A stretch of DNA of 40,861 nucleotides from a virus (Duplodnaviria; Caudoviricetes): positions 1 through 40,861 of IMG/VR virus record IMGVR_UViG_3300048575_000475, one strand, 5' to 3'. Positions 1 through 7,428 of this stretch are shown here, in pieces. The notes under the pieces were generated by a model. It ran no database searches, was not told the DNA's origin, and saw only the letters and a list, made by a program, of their open reading frames with translations. Position 1 is the first letter of the stretch. Every line of letters begins with the position of its first letter. The position numbers were made by a program, and so were the translations under genes.

Positions 1-1155
1 ATGGCAAAGTCACGCTCCGGCACCGAGTTTACCGCGCGCTGGTTGGACCGCGTCCAGCCGCCGGAGAACGGGCGCGACGAGTATTGGGACACGGTCATCC
101 ACGGCCTGGGCCTGCGCGTGTCGTCGACGGGGCACAAGGCCTGGTTCGTCCTGTTCCGGGCGAAGTCAGGCGATTCCGCCAAGCGGATCACCCTGGGCAG
201 CTACCCGGTGATGTCCCTCCTCGATGCCCGCGAGGCGGCCCGGGCCAAGATGGTCGAAGAGAAGGCCGCCGCCAGCGACGACCGACGGGACCTCACCGTC
301 GAGGACCTGGTCGACGAGTACCTCGACAAGTGCGCCAGCCAGCAGCTCCGGGAGAGCAGCCTGAAGCGAACCAGCCAGATCCTCAGGTCCGACGTCGTCC
401 CCCAGCTCGGCGATCGGCGGGCGATCGACGTGAAGCGTCGGGACGTCATCGCCTGGGTCGAGGCCATCAAGGAGCGGGGCGCACCGGTGCAGGCCAACCG
501 GGCCCTGGCCTGTCTTCGCCGGGTCTACAACTGGGCGATCTCACAGGACCGCCTCGAGGTGAACCCCTGCAACCAGGTCAAGGCGCCGGCACAGGAAACC
601 CCGAGGGACCGCGTCCTGTCTGCCGGCGAGATCAGAGCCCTCTGGCGCTCCCTGGACGGCGAGGAACCGGCGATCGCTGCCCTGTTCCGCCTGCACCTCC
701 TGACGGCCCAGCGAGGGGGCGAGGTGCGCCTCATGCGGTGGGAAGACGTCGACCTGCAGGGGGCGGTCTGGACGATCCCGGCCGCCAGGTCGAAGAACGG
801 CATGAGCCATCGGGTGCCACTATCGTCGCCAGCGGTGGTCATCCTGCGGAACCTGGGGGGTGAGACCGGCCCCGTGATCCCCGGCCTCGATCCCGAGCTA
901 CCGATGGCGAACCCGTACAAGGCCGTGCAGCGTGCCAGAAAGCGCTCCGGGGTTGCGTTCGTCCCTCACGACCTCCGCCGCACAGCCGCCAGCTACATGG
1001 CCCAACTGGGTCTCAGCGAGGACGCTATCGGCAAGGTCCTGAACCATGCCGCCGCCACGGTGACCTCCCGGCACTACATCCGGCACGGATACGACCTGGA
1101 AAAGAAACAGGCGCTCGACCTATGGGCCGAACGCCTGATGGGGATCGTGGGTTAG
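1..1155 (+). CDS. int: Tyrosine integrase with N-terminal arm-binding domain (P4-like)
   Basis: GLGLRV...ITLGSYP arm domain; catalytic R (TAQRGGE), K (SKN), HDLRR, LNH and HY all present. Confidence 0.95.
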   Translation: MAKSRSGTEFTARWLDRVQPPENGRDEYWDTVIHGLGLRVSSTGHKAWFVLFRAKSGDSAKRITLGSYPVMSLLDAREAARAKMVEEKAAASDDRRDLTVEDLVDEYLDKCASQQLRESSLKRTSQILRSDVVPQLGDRRAIDVKRRDVIAWVEAIKERGAPVQANRALACLRRVYNWAISQDRLEVNPCNQVKAPAQETPRDRVLSAGEIRALWRSLDGEEPAIAALFRLHLLTAQRGGEVRLMRWEDVDLQGAVWTIPAARSKNGMSHRVPLSSPAVVILRNLGGETGPVIPGLDPELPMANPYKAVQRARKRSGVAFVPHDLRRTAASYMAQLGLSEDAIGKVLNHAAATVTSRHYIRHGYDLEKKQALDLWAERLMGIVG

Positions 1156-1475
1156 AACACCGTTGGTCGCTCGTCTTGGGCATCCGGCCCGGGCGTCCGC
1201 TTCAGCTCAGCCACCTGATGGTAGGCGATCGGAGCCATACCCCTCAGGGCCTTCAGCTCGTCGACCAGGGCGCGACCCAGGGCCTCGATCGCCGGCGTGC
1301 GGGGTGCGTGCCGGAGGTCATCGAGGAGATGGCGGGCGAAGTCTGCCCGGGCGACCAGGCGGACGAACTGACCTTCGCCTGTGAGCTCGGCTTTCGCCTC
1401 GAGCTCCGGAGGTCCGTTCTGCATGCGACGACGCTTCAGGAGATCATCGGCGAAGGTCACGACGCCTCGGTCCAA
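1152..1475 (-). CDS. Hypothetical protein downstream of ImmA (start may be the GTG near 1460)
   Basis: ORF overlapping the immA stop and converging on the int stop. Confidence 0.55.
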   Translation of the reverse strand: MDRGVVTFADDLLKRRRMQNGPPELEAKAELTGEGQFVRLVARADFARHLLDDLRHAPRTPAIEALGRALVDELKALRGMAPIAYHQVAELKRTPGPDAQDERPTVF

Positions 1476-2002
1476 GTGTCGTACTCGCCGTCTCGGTGCA
1501 TGGTCTTGATCCGCAGCTGCACCGCCCGCAGGCTGGCGCCCTTGAACTGCACGATGTCGACGGGACGCAGGCCCATTTCCAGGAACTGGCGCATCTCCTC
1601 GGCTGGCAGCATGACCTCCCGGGCGAAGCGATTGGCCTCGTCCTCGTGGCGCCGATCGACGTGGCTACATAGCCCTGGCCTGGGGTTCAGCGAGGTGCCC
1701 TTGTGCCCCAGGAGAATGTGCCCGAGCTCGTGGACGATCGTCCAGTGCATGCGGCGCGGGTGCATGTCCGGCCGGACCAGGATGACGGGCTTCCCTTGCT
1801 CGAAGTCCATCACCATCCCGTCCCAGGGATCGTCGCCCAGGTCATCGAGGAGATGAGCCGGAACGATCCCCCGGTAGGAGGCGATGGTCTTTATCCGGAC
1901 GGCGTGAGCCCGGCACAGCCCAGAGGTCCATCCTGCATCCCAGTTGGCGAACTCGGGAATGGAGGCAAGGCGGCGGGCGTGCTCGGCAGATCGGTACGGC
2001 AT
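1457..2002 (-). CDS. ImmA/IrrE-family metallo-endopeptidase (anti-repressor)
   Basis: WTIVHELGH (HExxH) and EDEANRFAREVMLP motifs; GGAG RBS. Confidence 0.9.
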   Translation of the reverse strand: MPYRSAEHARRLASIPEFANWDAGWTSGLCRAHAVRIKTIASYRGIVPAHLLDDLGDDPWDGMVMDFEQGKPVILVRPDMHPRRMHWTIVHELGHILLGHKGTSLNPRPGLCSHVDRRHEDEANRFAREVMLPAEEMRQFLEMGLRPVDIVQFKGASLRAVQLRIKTMHRDGEYDTWTEAS

Positions 2003-2018
2003 GAGGCTCTCCGGTAAT

Positions 2019-2099
2019 CACTCGAATGGGGTTTCGAGTGTAACCAGACAAGCGTCTGCCAGTCGAGGGGCGCGACGGTTAAGCAAACGTCTTGTTTGG
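2019..2099. promoter_or_regulatory. Two stem-loops in the divergent intergenic region
   Basis: CACTCGAA-tggggt-TTCGAGTG; CCAGACAAGCGTCTGC...GCAAACGTCTTGTTTGG with inner GTCG/CGAC stem. Confidence 0.5.
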
Positions 2100-2141
2100 C
2101 TGCAATCTGCTCGGTATCATCGATCCAGCTAGGAGGCCGAC

Positions 2142-2636
2142 ATGGCAAGACAACGTAAGGCGAAGCCGCCAGCTCCGGACTCGTCGCATGCCGCTCAGGA
2201 GTGGCCCCTAAAGTCGATCGACGTCATCTTGGACGAGTGCCGACGCTATGACGCCGTCATCTCCGCCGGCTTCAATACAGCGAACACCCGCGCTTCGATG
2301 ATCCTCGGCTTCGCCAGTTTCGCCGTGACAGGCATGCCGAAGAGCTTCCACTGGACGGCGCAGGTCGCTGTCGGATGCTTCGCTATGGCGATCTGCCTGT
2401 CGATCTATGTCCTGATCCCGTTGCCGGCAAAGGCTGGCTACACGCCAGAGCATCTCTACAACAGCCACATCTACGATGACCCGATCACGACGAAGCTGGC
2501 AATCGTTCACGGCTTGCTGGATGCGATCGACAACCGCGAGCCGAATCGTACTCGGAAAGGTCACGCCATCGTGGCAGCTGTGTCGTTCCTGGGCGTAGCG
2601 ATTATCGCCGCCCTGGTGACGTCACTTCTTCCCTGA
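2142..2636 (+). CDS. 3-TM membrane protein resembling Pycsar PycTM-type effectors
   Basis: AGGAGG RBS; hydrophobic segments after NTRAS, before LIP and after RKGH; layout recalls PycTM. Confidence 0.6.
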   Translation: MARQRKAKPPAPDSSHAAQEWPLKSIDVILDECRRYDAVISAGFNTANTRASMILGFASFAVTGMPKSFHWTAQVAVGCFAMAICLSIYVLIPLPAKAGYTPEHLYNSHIYDDPITTKLAIVHGLLDAIDNREPNRTRKGHAIVAAVSFLGVAIIAALVTSLLP

Positions 2637-2738
2637 AGCGCTGCCGTAGCCATCCTCACGAAGGTTCGCCGGGTTCCCCTGGCTGGTGTCCGGACGCGGC
2701 GGCGGAGGCGGCTTCTGGTTGCTATCCTGTTGTCCCAT
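2622..2738 (-). CDS. 38-aa Pro-rich peptide MGQQDSNQKPPPPPRPDTSQGNPANLREDGYGSASGKK
   Basis: Read manually; GAAGGAG RBS 5 nt before ATG; follows the secreted-protein gene on the same strand. Confidence 0.6.
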   Translation of the reverse strand: MGQQDSNQKPPPPPRPDTSQGNPANLREDGYGSASGKK

Positions 2739-2777
2739 GTCGGCTCCTTCTACTGCTTTGATCCTGGCAACTCTGGC

Positions 2778-3197
2778 CTAGTAGCCGTCGACGTTCTGGT
2801 ACTTCCCGTTGATGTCGTCCATCATCTTGTATTCGCCCGACTTGGCGGTCAGGTTGACAACCCGATTCGTGCCAATTGCCGGCAGGTACTGAACTGAGAT
2901 GCCGCCGGTGTAATCGAACGTCGGGCGTGAGCCATCCATCCAGCGCTTCACAAAACGGGCGTTCCCGACTATCAGGGAGCGGAGACGGTCGGCCTGGGCC
3001 TCGGTCCACATCTCCGGCGGTGCCTCCCAGTGCTCGCGGATTACCTTTCGGTTCTTCAAGACGAACGTGGGCACGCGCGCATTGACGGCCTTGGCGTGCT
3101 TGCGAGCGGTAGCCAGATCGTCGCCGACCCGGGCAGACGCAGACAGCGACCAGGTGGTGATGGTGGCCAGGGCAATGGCCAACGGCAGCTTCCTCAC
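2778..3197 (-). CDS. Exported protein with signal peptide (lysogenic cargo; possibly superinfection exclusion)
   Basis: MRKLPLAIALATITTWSLSASA signal; GTGA coupling to the repressor stop. Confidence 0.7.
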   Translation of the reverse strand: MRKLPLAIALATITTWSLSASARVGDDLATARKHAKAVNARVPTFVLKNRKVIREHWEAPPEMWTEAQADRLRSLIVGNARFVKRWMDGSRPTFDYTGGISVQYLPAIGTNRVVNLTAKSGEYKMMDDINGKYQNVDGY

Positions 3198-3646
3198 GGC
3201 GATCGGTCCTCTCGCTCTTCCTTCTGCATCTTCAGCTCCGCCTCGGCGACGGCCCTAATGGCCTCCCAGAACTTGGCGGCCTGCTCCGGCGTCCGCTTGC
3301 CGGATCGCTGATGGATCCTGACCCACTCACGTCCCTGGTCGACCAGCTGCTCGGCAGCCTGCTCAGGGGGGAGATCGGCTGGAGGGTGAGCCACCTGTGC
3401 GCCGACTTCACCAGCGAGGTCTTTGAGCCTCGCCTCACGGAGTTGGGCTACCTCTCCCTTTGTGAAAACAGCCTCCAGCTTATCCAGGGCTTCAGGTGTC
3501 GGCTCGCGACCACCTGATTCGAGGCGGTAATACAAGGCCTTGTCGATCCCGGACTTAGTGAACACCTGATATTTCGGCAAGTCATGCTGCTGCCGCAGGG
3601 CTTTCAGCGCCTGCGAGAAATGCGAGGGTGTCACTTTTGCCACCAT
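3194..3646 (-). CDS. XRE/CI-like immunity repressor without S24 domain (ImmR-like); start uncertain
   Basis: HTH: ALKALRQQHDLPKYQVFTKSGIDKALYYRLESGGREP; divergent from the cro-like gene. Confidence 0.85.
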   Translation of the reverse strand: MVAKVTPSHFSQALKALRQQHDLPKYQVFTKSGIDKALYYRLESGGREPTPEALDKLEAVFTKGEVAQLREARLKDLAGEVGAQVAHPPADLPPEQAAEQLVDQGREWVRIHQRSGKRTPEQAAKFWEAIRAVAEAELKMQKEEREDRSP

Positions 3647-3683
3647 GCAACCAGCTTGCAAGCTCACCTCCATGAAATCTATG

Positions 3684-3743
3684 GGTGTCTGTATTGACAC
3701 CGGGTGTTAAATCTGACACCGTATGGGTGTCGGAGGTGACACC
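3684..3743. promoter_or_regulatory. Three tandem operators GGTGTY-N6-GACACC (3684-3701, 3703-3720, 3726-3743), with TTGACA at 3694
   Basis: Direct reading; located between divergent repressor and cro; third site covers the cro RBS GGAGGT. Confidence 0.85.
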
Positions 3744-3745
3744 CT

Positions 3746-3991
3746 ATGACGAGCAATCAAGCTCAACCGCACAAGACGGCCCGCACGCTTGCGGGCGTTA
3801 CTCAGGCCCAAGTGGCCGTCAGGGCTGCCCGGAGCATCGAGACCATCAAGCGCCTGGAAAAGCGTCCCCCCGAAAAGCTGGCTGTGGAGGAACTCGACGC
3901 TTACGTGGCCCTGACCGGCTTCACCCGTGAGCAGGTACTCGGTGAGGCACCTTTGCCGGATGCCGAGACCACGGCGGGAGGTGCGGCGTGA
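3746..3991 (+). CDS. Cro-like XRE HTH regulator
   Basis: ARTLAGVTQAQVAVRAARSIETIKRLE HTH; position. Confidence 0.85.
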   Translation: MTSNQAQPHKTARTLAGVTQAQVAVRAARSIETIKRLEKRPPEKLAVEELDAYVALTGFTREQVLGEAPLPDAETTAGGAA

Positions 3992-4479
3992 GCGATCTAT
4001 ACGCATTCCCCCGCCAGAGCGACATGGCACGTATCAATGCCCGCCTCACCACCATTGAGCGGGCGCTCTCCTCACTCGGGTTCGTCTTCCCGGAAAACGA
4101 TTCCGAAGTTCCGAACGCCACGCGCCCCTCGTTTGACCGGGGTGACACCGGCTGCGTCGGCCTCGCTGATCTGGGTTCGGATTCGACGGTGCTGCTCGGT
4201 CAGCCGCTTCAGGGCTGTGTCTTCGGCGTTTGCGAAGAGCTGAATGACCCTCAGGGTGAATTTCGGCCCCACGAACGCCCTCAGGGCCTCGGTGAGGATG
4301 CCGGCCATTTCCTCCGGGATTCCCTGCCCAATAAGGGACCGGTAGTACCGCTTGAAGGCGTCGTCGTCGAAAAGCTCGTCCATCAATCTCCCTCAAAATC
4401 AAGCGCTGACTCACTTTCGGAATCCTCCCACCTTTCGGATTGCTCGCCCACCGCGCCCACGCCCGGCCAGTCCACCTGA
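3988..4479 (+). CDS. Hypothetical protein coupled to cro
   Basis: GGAGG RBS and GTGA overlap; spans an antisense ORF. Confidence 0.45.
   Translation: MSDLYAFPRQSDMARINARLTTIERALSSLGFVFPENDSEVPNATRPSFDRGDTGCVGLADLGSDSTVLLGQPLQGCVFGVCEELNDPQGEFRPHERPQGLGEDAGHFLRDSLPNKGPVVPLEGVVVEKLVHQSPSKSSADSLSESSHLSDCSPTAPTPGQST
4072..4383 (-). CDS. Hypothetical protein (antisense, nested)
   Basis: GAGGGAG RBS; helical, protein-like composition. Confidence 0.6.
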   Translation of the reverse strand: MDELFDDDAFKRYYRSLIGQGIPEEMAGILTEALRAFVGPKFTLRVIQLFANAEDTALKRLTEQHRRIRTQISEADAAGVTPVKRGARGVRNFGIVFREDEPE

Positions 4480-4486
4480 GGTCTCT

Positions 4487-4822
4487 ATGCGCAAGTCATC
4501 GCCGCCACCCAACGTCACGGTCATCACTCCTGAGGCATTCCTCGACCTGATCCTGCCGGCCATCCGCCAGGCGGTCGCCGAAGCGAAGCCTTCGTCCACT
4601 AAGCCGAGCGAATCGCTCGCCGAGCACATCCCAATCGCCGACCGGATCCTTCGCCTCAAAGACACCTGCCAGATCGCTGGCGTCAGCCGCCACACCATTG
4701 CCGACCTGGAACGAGAGGGGGATTTCCCCCAGCGAGTCGCCATCACGGACGGGGTCTTCGGCTACCGCGGCTCCGAGGTCCTTGCCTGGCGGGATGCCCG
4801 ACCTCGAACCAAGCCCGCCTGA
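4487..4822 (+). CDS. AlpA-family regulator/excisionase
   Basis: RILRLKDTCQIAGVSRHTIADLEREGDFPQRV...GYRGSEVLAW. Confidence 0.9.
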   Translation: MRKSSPPPNVTVITPEAFLDLILPAIRQAVAEAKPSSTKPSESLAEHIPIADRILRLKDTCQIAGVSRHTIADLEREGDFPQRVAITDGVFGYRGSEVLAWRDARPRTKPA

Positions 4823-4881
4823 CCTTCCGATCATCCCCCGCACATTCACCGCTGCGCCCAAAGCCTAAAGGAGCGTTATCG

Positions 4882-5217
4882 ATGGCACCACGAGTGAAAC
4901 CTGTTTTTAACCAGCTCCGCCGCAAGCTGCTGCCGATCCGAAACACGCTCTTTGACCAGATCGCACGGGGCCAAGTCCTGGTGGTTTCGGAGATGACCGG
5001 GGTTAAGCAATGCGACCTGGTGCTCCGACTCCTCGGCCTGATGTCCACCGAGGGCGAGGACCCGGCGCTCCTGGCGTCGACCATCGCCGAGGTGACGGCC
5101 CTGCGGGATCGCCAGCTGGCGGAGCTGACCGGCGCCCGGGTCATCACCGAGGAGGCCTCTGCTCTCCATCGTGGCGTCACCACGGCCGACGCCATCGCCG
5201 CCGGCCTCGTCGCCTAA
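4882..5217 (+). CDS. Hypothetical protein
   Basis: AAGGAG RBS, 111-aa ORF. Confidence 0.7.
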   Translation: MAPRVKPVFNQLRRKLLPIRNTLFDQIARGQVLVVSEMTGVKQCDLVLRLLGLMSTEGEDPALLASTIAEVTALRDRQLAELTGARVITEEASALHRGVTTADAIAAGLVA

Positions 5218-5289
5218 ACCAAACCCGCCCCGTCAGGGGATTTCCACGCCCATCGCTTGCTTGTCCCTGCTGACCAAGAGGAACCCGCC

Positions 5290-5550
5290 ATGTCGCACCC
5301 GTGCCACTGCCCCTGCCCCCTCTGCGTCACCGGCCGCAACGCCGAGCTTCTGGAGCGGTGCTGGCGACTCGACCCGCCGTCCCGGGTCGTCACCGCCGAG
5401 CGCCCCGAGCCGCCACCGACGATCATCCCGCCGACGGCGGAACAGCCGACCGTCCCGACGCCCGTCATCACCGGCCTGATGTTCATCCTCCTGGCGGCGG
5501 CCCTGGTGGTCGTCGCCCTGCCCGTCGCCTTCCACCACACCCACCGCTGA
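5290..5550 (+). CDS. Small Cys/His-rich protein with C-terminal TM helix
   Basis: HPCHCPCPLC; hydrophobic VITGLMFILLAAALVVVAL; RBS. Confidence 0.65.
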   Translation: MSHPCHCPCPLCVTGRNAELLERCWRLDPPSRVVTAERPEPPPTIIPPTAEQPTVPTPVITGLMFILLAAALVVVALPVAFHHTHR

Positions 5551-5574
5551 TACCCAGCCGAAAGGAGCCCACCC

Positions 5575-5739
5575 GTGGCCAATTCCAACCCCATCGTCAG
5601 CATCCATCCGGCGGTGTTCGTCGCCCAGTTCGACCGCATGGTCGCTGCCGGTCGCAAGCTCGCCAAACACCAGTATCAGCGCCGCTATGGCCGCATCCTC
5701 GGCGCCGTCGTGTTCTGGGCCTCTGAGCGGCTCGCCTGA
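5575..5739 (+). CDS. Small hypothetical protein (54 aa)
   Basis: Manual; AAGGAG RBS, GTG start, TGATG coupling. Confidence 0.6.
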   Translation: MANSNPIVSIHPAVFVAQFDRMVAAGRKLAKHQYQRRYGRILGAVVFWASERLA

Positions 5740-5894
5740 TGGGCCAGCGCATCCGTCCCCTGCACGAGCTGGTCCCCCACGTCATGCCGTTCGCTCTCTC
5801 GGCCGACGGCCACAAGGGGCCCCAGGTCCTCATCAAGGGGTTCGCCCTCGTCAACCTCAACCCCCACAAAGGCGCCACCGAGCGCCACGGCTGA
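5739..5894 (+). CDS. Small hypothetical protein (51 aa)
   Basis: Manual; TGATG coupling. Confidence 0.55.
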   Translation: MGQRIRPLHELVPHVMPFALSADGHKGPQVLIKGFALVNLNPHKGATERHG

Positions 5895-5906
5895 AAGGAG
5901 ATCCCA

Positions 5907-6080
5907 GTGCCCATCATGTACCGGGGAAAGATCGTCAGCGCCCAGACGGCGCCCGCTGGCGACCTGGTGTTCATCCGTGAGTTCGGCCAGGTCGTCGCCG
6001 CCATCGACCACGCCACCGCCGTCTCCGGACGTGCCGCCTACCTCCTAGAGATCGAGCGCTGCCGGCGCGAGGGGGTCTGA
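5907..6080 (+). CDS. Small hypothetical protein (57 aa)
   Basis: Manual; AAGGAG RBS. Confidence 0.6.
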   Translation: MPIMYRGKIVSAQTAPAGDLVFIREFGQVVAAIDHATAVSGRAAYLLEIERCRREGV

Positions 6081-6247
6081 TGCGAGTGATCTGGCAGGGG
6101 CGGTACTTCACAGCCTACACCTACGGCCCTCACACGTTCCTCTACAGCTTCCGGAAGCTCCAGCACACCCTGAACGCCGACCAGGCGGCATCGGCCCGGG
6201 CCGCCTACGAGCGGGAAGCCGCACGCCACGGCAAGGCGGCGTCATGA
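6080..6247 (+). CDS. Small hypothetical protein (55 aa)
   Basis: Manual; coupled at both ends. Confidence 0.55.
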   Translation: MRVIWQGRYFTAYTYGPHTFLYSFRKLQHTLNADQAASARAAYEREAARHGKAAS

Positions 6248-6507
6248 GCCTCGCTGATGACCTGTTTACCAAGGCCTTCAACGTCCCCCGAGACCCCCGC
6301 AGTCCCGAGTACAAGGCCGGCGCTCTGTACATCCTCCGCCTCAAGACCGGCGGGGAGCGCCAACGGTGCCCCTACGAGGCCGGCTCCTCACAGGCAGACG
6401 CCTGGCACGCCGGGACTGACGAGGGTCATCGGATCTGGCGAGGCCACCAGATCACCATCAACCCCCAGCTTGCCATCCCAAAGAAAGGAACCAACCCATG
6501 CAAATGA
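6244..6507 (+). CDS. Small protein with Rmf/CrpP-like motif
   Basis: YKAG...CPYEAGSSQADAWHAG. Confidence 0.55.
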   Translation: MSLADDLFTKAFNVPRDPRSPEYKAGALYILRLKTGGERQRCPYEAGSSQADAWHAGTDEGHRIWRGHQITINPQLAIPKKGTNPCK

Positions 6508-7424
6508 CCGCAGTCCAGTCGTCCCAGGTCGCCGGCGTCGGCTACAACCCCGCCACGCAGGACCTGGCCATCGAGTACACCTCGGGCGGCGTCTACACCT
6601 ATCACGGCGTGGCGGCCGAGGTCCACACCGACATGATGGAGTCCGAGTCGATCGGGCGCTTCGTCAACCAGGCGGTGAAGCCCGTCTACGTCAGCACCCG
6701 CCCGGACGGGTCGACGTGCCCGCCCACGGTCCCCAAGGCGGCGAAGGCCTCCGGCAACGGAAAGCCCGCCGCTGCGCCGGCCCCGAAGATCGATGCCCCG
6801 GCGGCACCGGCGCCCAAGGCGACGAACGCTCTCCCCCAGGCTGACGAGCCCTACACCCACGAGCAGCTCGTCGCCGACCTGCAGGCGGCCAATGTGCTCC
6901 TGGCCGGGTTCGTCCCGGCCACCATCAGCAACCCTATGGGCCTGGAGTGGCTCGCCGGCGCCCTGGCGGCGTGCGATGACGAGCTCATCCACCTGGAGGC
7001 CGAATACCGGCTGGCTGCCGACGAGGTGACTGCCCGCCGGAATGCCCTGCGTCGCTACTTCGAGCCGCAGGCCCGCCAGATCACCGAGCAGACCGTCGCA
7101 GTCCTCGGCGGCGCTCGCAAGTCGATCGACACGCCGATCCCCGGGCACCCCGGGCAGGCGATGCGCTGGGGCCTGACCACCCAGCCGGCCCGCCTGCAGC
7201 TGGAGGACCCGGAGGCCGCCAAGGCATGGGCCAAGACGTACGTGCCCGAGGCCGTCGTTGCCGTCCCGGCCCGGACCATTCCCGCCACCGAGGCGCTGAC
7301 CGCCAGCGTCGTCACCGAGTACTGGAAAGAGAACGGCCCGGCGCTCATCCCCGATGGCTTCGTCCTCATCCCCGAGTCCCAGAAGTTCAGCTACAAGCCG
7401 GTCTCCACCGGCAAGGAGGGCTAG
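6498..7424 (+). CDS. KTSC domain fused to Mu Gam/Gp157-like DNA-end protection domain
   Basis: VQSSQVAGVGYNPATQDLAIEYTSGGVYTY...SIGRFVNQ (KTSC); AP linker; coiled coil followed by RKSIDTP...EDPEAAKAWAK. Confidence 0.75.
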   Translation: MQMTAVQSSQVAGVGYNPATQDLAIEYTSGGVYTYHGVAAEVHTDMMESESIGRFVNQAVKPVYVSTRPDGSTCPPTVPKAAKASGNGKPAAAPAPKIDAPAAPAPKATNALPQADEPYTHEQLVADLQAANVLLAGFVPATISNPMGLEWLAGALAACDDELIHLEAEYRLAADEVTARRNALRRYFEPQARQITEQTVAVLGGARKSIDTPIPGHPGQAMRWGLTTQPARLQLEDPEAAKAWAKTYVPEAVVAVPARTIPATEALTASVVTEYWKENGPALIPDGFVLIPESQKFSYKPVSTGKEG

Positions 7425-7428
7425 GGCC

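Noticed and set aside
1-1155. attL/attR sites or a tRNA target near the integrase
   Set aside because: Window starts at the int ATG; no flanking sequence or paired repeat is visible
1315-1855. 17-bp exact repeat AGGTCATCGAGGAGATG (1315, 1839)
   Set aside because: Both copies encode HLLDDL in adjacent genes; no supporting context for a function
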